A stretch of DNA of 64,000 nucleotides, from contig CM052817.1 of NCBI GenBank assembly GCA_028534125.1, forward strand, positions 99,636,001 through 99,700,000, read 5' to 3'. Position 1 is the first letter of the stretch. Each line of letters opens with the position of its first letter. Positions 59,471 to 64,000 of the stretch are shown piece by piece. Under the pieces are notes generated by a model. The model saw nothing but the letters and a program-made list of their open reading frames with translations. It was not told the DNA's origin and did no database searches. A program made the position numbers and the translations under genes. This stretch comes from Lama glama (Eukaryota).

Positions 59471-60854
59471 GAGAGCACCAAGGGGCAAACGTTGAATGTT
59501 CTTAAGACCAAAAAGACAACAGGAAAATTTCTTGTGCGTTAGAACATACTGGTTCAGTGAGCTACGGACAGAGTAGAAAGTCACTCTCCATCATTGGGTC
59601 CACAAGGATTCGGATTAAAATAAAATGTGATCAAGTGAACAATAAAGACAACATCACATCATTTTTTAAAAAATTCTATTCTATTCTGACAGATAGGTAT
59701 TGAACATATGTGCCAGGCACCCTTCTGAGTTATGGGGCTGTAACAACGAACGAAATAAATTTTCCCTCGTGGAACTCATTCCTGAAAGTGTTCAGGTCAC
59801 GCATGGAATCTGCCACTTTTACCCGTTCTCCATTCTAAGAAACCTCAGAACACCACCCCAGACCCCAAGTCCCATCTGACAGAAGCAGCCGCAGGTGATT
59901 CTCAATTCTTGCGAGCAGGGAGCCAGGTGGGTACCACAAGACCAACCATCCTTCTCCAGGAGAAGGGACCAGGGATGGTCTGGAAAGGTAGCTATCTATA
60001 GTTTGTCACTGGCCTCTGAGGTCAACCAGCATGAGAACCTGCCCAAAAAGGGTGCTCTGTGCAGGGCTGTGGCTGGCCAACCTACTTGGGTCCTCATTCT
60101 TGGGGAGGCTGACTGTAAGAAAAGCAAAAGAGGGCCAATTATTCAGTAGGTTCAGAAGCCACGGAAGCAGATAGAGGTAAACTGAGTCACAAAAATGGTG
60201 TTGTCAGTGACATAAGGAATAACCATCATCTCAACTTGCAAAGGAGTGTTCTCTGCTGTCAGTTTCCTAGAACTGCTCCTATTTCCAAATGACTTCTAAG
60301 GCCACTTCCTGTGTCTTCCAACTTACTTGTGTATCCTTATAGTAAGCCTCCCATCAGCTAAGGTTAGCATAACAGGCCTGTATTCCTTGCAATCTGAAAG
60401 AACGTAGCTATTATGTACATTGCTTTCCAATTACATCAACAATAGCTCCTTACATCATTCTTTATGTGGAGTCTTTTTAGGCTATGGATCATAGCAGGAC
60501 TGCATAAAATCTGTGTATAAAATGCACAGTGGATTCCACTTATTTCTTCTGCTTGACTCAAAGGCATCACAGCATGAATTACTTATGATGGAGAAACATT
60601 ACAGTTCAAATTACAAAGAAAGCGCACTGAAACTGCTCAACATCACGTTTTTTAATAGGACACTAAACCCATGAGTCTCACTCACCTCACATAGAACTTC
60701 AAAACTTCAGCTCTCCAACAACTATTCCAAAGTAATTAATCAGGAAATCTGAGGGTGAGGTCACGAGTATACATCTTTTTAAAAACTCCCCAGTCAATTC
60801 TGATGTTCAACCAGCACCGAGAACTCTGGCACTGAGGTAGAAGTAACTGAGGGC

Positions 60855-61018
60855 CCTGTTACTCACAGTGTGGGCCAGGGACCAGTCACAGCAGCATCAC
60901 CTGGACCTTGGTAGAAATGCAGAATCTCAGGCTCCACCCAAAACCTGCTAAATCAAGATCTTCATTTTTACAAGCTCACCAGGTGATTTATAGGCATATG
61001 AAAGTTTTAGAAGCCCTG
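60855..61018 (+). mobile_element. MER5A-like DNA transposon (second fragment at ~60735-60830)
   Basis: CAGCAGCATCACCTGG...AGAAATGCAGAATCTCAGGCTCCACCC...CAGGTGATT. Confidence 0.75.
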
Positions 61019-62184
61019 TTTAAAGGTCCCATTGCTATAGAAACAGTGAGAAATACTACAAAATGTTTGAAAGTTGAATACCACAAGAAGAAAGAAGAAT
61101 TAGGAATAGAACAGCATAAAAGATAAAATGTTCGTGATTATTAGGCATTTCACATTATTAAGCATCTAATTAAGAGTAATCAGTATTCAAATACAAGTCT
61201 GCACATTTTAAAACTCGCAACACCACTCCTTACTCCAAATGAATTCCACTTACAAACCACACCCTCCACTGGCAGGAGTTATACCTCAACTGAGTAACAC
61301 AAATCTACCTGATCATCTCCAGCTAGCTTGTCATCTCCACTGACCTAGTGTGTGTTCAGGGTGAGTCCTTGTGAGGAAATAAAGGGGGGTAGTGACTAGA
61401 CAAGAAAGGAGCATTTACATGGGTGGCCCCTGCTGAGGGGCCTTCCAGGTTTTTAGTGAACAGCTCTACTGGTCTCAAAGGACCATTTGGAAGTGGCGAT
61501 ATTTATTGCCAGAAAAACAAATTCTCCACATGTTGTGCAAACATTTTCTGTGCCCCTTGTTCTTGGCTAGCTCTCAGAGAAAAAGCACTTAGCTTTCTTC
61601 CAGTATAGCGATTCCTTGATTGATGTCTCTTGAGAAAACAATGCGCCGGTACAATGAAGGCAGCTGTAGCGAAAACAAAACTCCGAATCCTAAGCAGCAG
61701 CCCTGGCGTGCTTTATAAGCTCATCCGTGATGCCACTGCTAGTCTGCATGTCTGCTTCAGAGGAAGGACAAAATCACCTCCCTTCACAGCTTCTAGTTAT
61801 TTATTCCCCAAGAAGGATTCAGACCTGGCACCCAGCCAAACAACAAAATCAGAAAACTGTGTTCAGATTCTACAGATTTCCTTTTCAATGCCCTTAAACT
61901 TGTCCAAGGATGACTGTGACTCTCTTCAAGAACCGTACATCACACATGAGAACTTGAAGTTTATAAGCATGTTTTCCATAGTAAACTTGTAGAGAGTAGA
62001 ATGAATAATTCCCTTTCAAAAGATGCACAAGTGGGGGGAGGGCTATAAGTTATTTGTGCAAGGTCACAGCACAATCAAGTATAAAAGAGCAACAGCAACC
62101 TATGTATCCTAAGGTAACCTCACGTTAACAAAATCCACGATAGCCTGGTGGTAGGAGAGAGAAACAAGACCAAGTTAGAATCTT

Positions 62185-62660
62185 TATCAGTCAGGACTTG
62201 CATTTGGCTGCTAGTTACAAAGACCTAAGATAACAGTGGCTGAAATAAGATAGGATTTTTCTCCAATAAAGGAGGAGGCAGGCAATCAAAAACTCATACG
62301 ATGACTATATCCCATCCACTGAGATTCCATCCACTTTCCTGCTCCACCATTCTCAGTGCATGGCTTCCAACCTCAGGTTAACCTCATGACGCAAGTTGGT
62401 TGCCGTGAGATACACACCAGTGTTCCTGGTAGGAGGGGGAAGGAAGGTGATGAGGGCAAAGGGATAGTCTGTGCAGTTAAGTACCCTTTGAAGAAATTTC
62501 CTAGAAATGCTGCTCAACAACTTTTACTTGCATCTCATTAGCAGGCTAGGTGAAGCAGTTTCCTAGGCGGGTAGGGACATTGCCACATTCAGCAGTGCCG
62601 TTTCACTGACTAAGGAAGACAGGAATGAGTGTTGGGTAGGCAACTACAAGTCTGCCACTA
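62185..62660 (-). mobile_element. Old ERVL/MaLR-type LTR
   Basis: TATCAGTCAGG...TAACAGTGGCTGAAATAAGATAG...GGGTAGGCAAC...TCTGCCAC. Confidence 0.55.
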
Positions 62661-62679
62661 GTGGCTGCCTAGGTACATG

Positions 62680-62860
62680 GCCCTGGGTAGATTATTCCCC
62701 TCTCTAGGCCTCAGATTTCTCATCTGTAAAATTGAAGGAAATCATCACATTTACCTCATGAGATTGCTATGAGGACTAAGTGAGAAAAATGCATGGAAAA
62801 CAATTAGAATGCTACCGTGGGACCCAGGGCACAATAAATATTAACTCATTGTTATTGTTT
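62680..62860 (+). mobile_element. MIR SINE
   Basis: GCCTCAGATTTCTCATCTGTAAAAT...ACCTCATGAGATTGCTATGAGGACTAAGTGAGA core. Confidence 0.8.
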
Positions 62861-63239
62861 GATGATCCCTGTCCAGTGCTTTTCCAAATTCTTCTCAGAC
62901 ACTACTTCCTCTCCATTTCTAAAATTGGAAGGGAATTCATATTAGTACATGTTGATACTCTAGTGTGATTTGAGTTTTCATCAAAGGTCACCTCGAGCAG
63001 GATATGCATTTCATGCCCTTCCTTTCTAATTATGAAGAAAGTATGTGCCAGACTCAGCACACATCAGATATTCTGGACAGAATTAGGGTCGAGGAATTGA
63101 GCTTACATTCCCCAAAAGACAGAGTCTAAAAACAATCCCAGTGTAGATGTCTGGAGAGCCTGAAGAAACTAAGGTGAAAGTAAAAATCATCATCATCATC
63201 ATCATCTTTCGTGTATAGAAGAAAATAAAAAAATGTATG

Positions 63240-63830
63240 TAGATATACTATCCTCAAGAAGGTGGATCATAATTCCTCCCTTCTTAAGTGTGGGCTCCAC
63301 ATAGTCCCGTCCTTCACTTCCTGTGGTATGGAAGTGGGGGAGGTGTGCAGGGAGTCACCTGGAAGTAGAGAAACCTGCCAGACACACCTCGGCTAGGTGA
63401 GCAAGGTCAACATCAACAGTGATGAATGATGTTCCTGCTGTATACACTTAACATGTGGTAAAAATGGTACCTTACCTCCCAAACACCCATCACTCCAGCC
63501 TAAACATGAGGAAAACATCAGACAAATCCCCAAAGAATGACCCTCTACAAACTATCTGGTCAGTACTCCTCGGCGAGGTCAAGGCCCTCGAGAATAAGGA
63601 AAATGTGAGAAACCATCCCAGCCAAGAGGAGCCTGAGGAGACAGGACATCTACACGCAATGTGGTGCCCTGCATAGGGTCCTGCAAAGTAAGAAGATGAA
63701 TTAGGTACAAACTCTGGTGATCTTAATGATAGGGGAATCTGAACGTGGGGTAGACGGGAAACACTGTACTATCGTCACATTTTTTCTGTACATCTAAAAC
63801 TATCCTAAAAAACAAACTTTATTTTGAAAT
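63240..63830 (+). mobile_element. Old L1 (L1MC-like) 3'UTR
   Basis: CTTAAGTGTGGGCT...ACATCAGACAAATCCC...CTGTACATCTAAAACTAT. Confidence 0.65.
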
Positions 63831-64000
63831 AGAAAACAATGGTTTACTGCCTGTGCACCTCTTCCCCTCTAGGCACCCATCCCCACCCAAAGGCAAGCTT
63901 GGAGCCCCTACGGCTGCTGGGGGACAGGAACCGATGTTCTACCTTCATATAAACAAGGAGCCAGCCTCCTTCCTCTCCAGCCTTAACCCTTTCCCATGAT

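Overview
Mammalian genomic DNA, probably camelid (inferred from tRNA-derived SINEs resembling the camelid Vic-1 family). It is mostly intronic or intergenic sequence rich in L1, L2, MIR, LTR and DNA-transposon fossils, with two 500-N assembly gaps. The informative content is a tandem pair of + strand chymotrypsin-fold (S1A) serine protease genes. The downstream gene (38154-44799, 6 exons, 318 aa) is an intact PRSS48-type trypsin-like protease with signal peptide, R|VVGG activation site, full His/Asp/Ser triad and a hydrophobic C-terminal tail. The upstream paralog (24866-28541) has the same exon and phase architecture and most of the disulfide framework. It has replaced all three catalytic residues (H>S, D>T, S>R) and the activation motif, and it carries a 4-nt frameshift, so it looks like a long-lived pseudo-protease that was disabled recently. 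The two genes share a ~300-400 bp promoter/exon-1 block with a CTCF motif that is far more similar than their protease exons, which suggests gene conversion or shared regulation. Also present: a fossil partial copy of the last PRSS48 exon, a CpG island with a YY1 motif, G-rich minisatellite and minus-strand splice donor near 59 kb, a probable full-length young L1 collapsed into a gap, and a 5'-inverted L1. In human, PRSS48 lies in an intron of SH3D19 on the opposite strand, but I could not identify any SH3D19 coding exon here. Repeat subfamily names are by eye and approximate.
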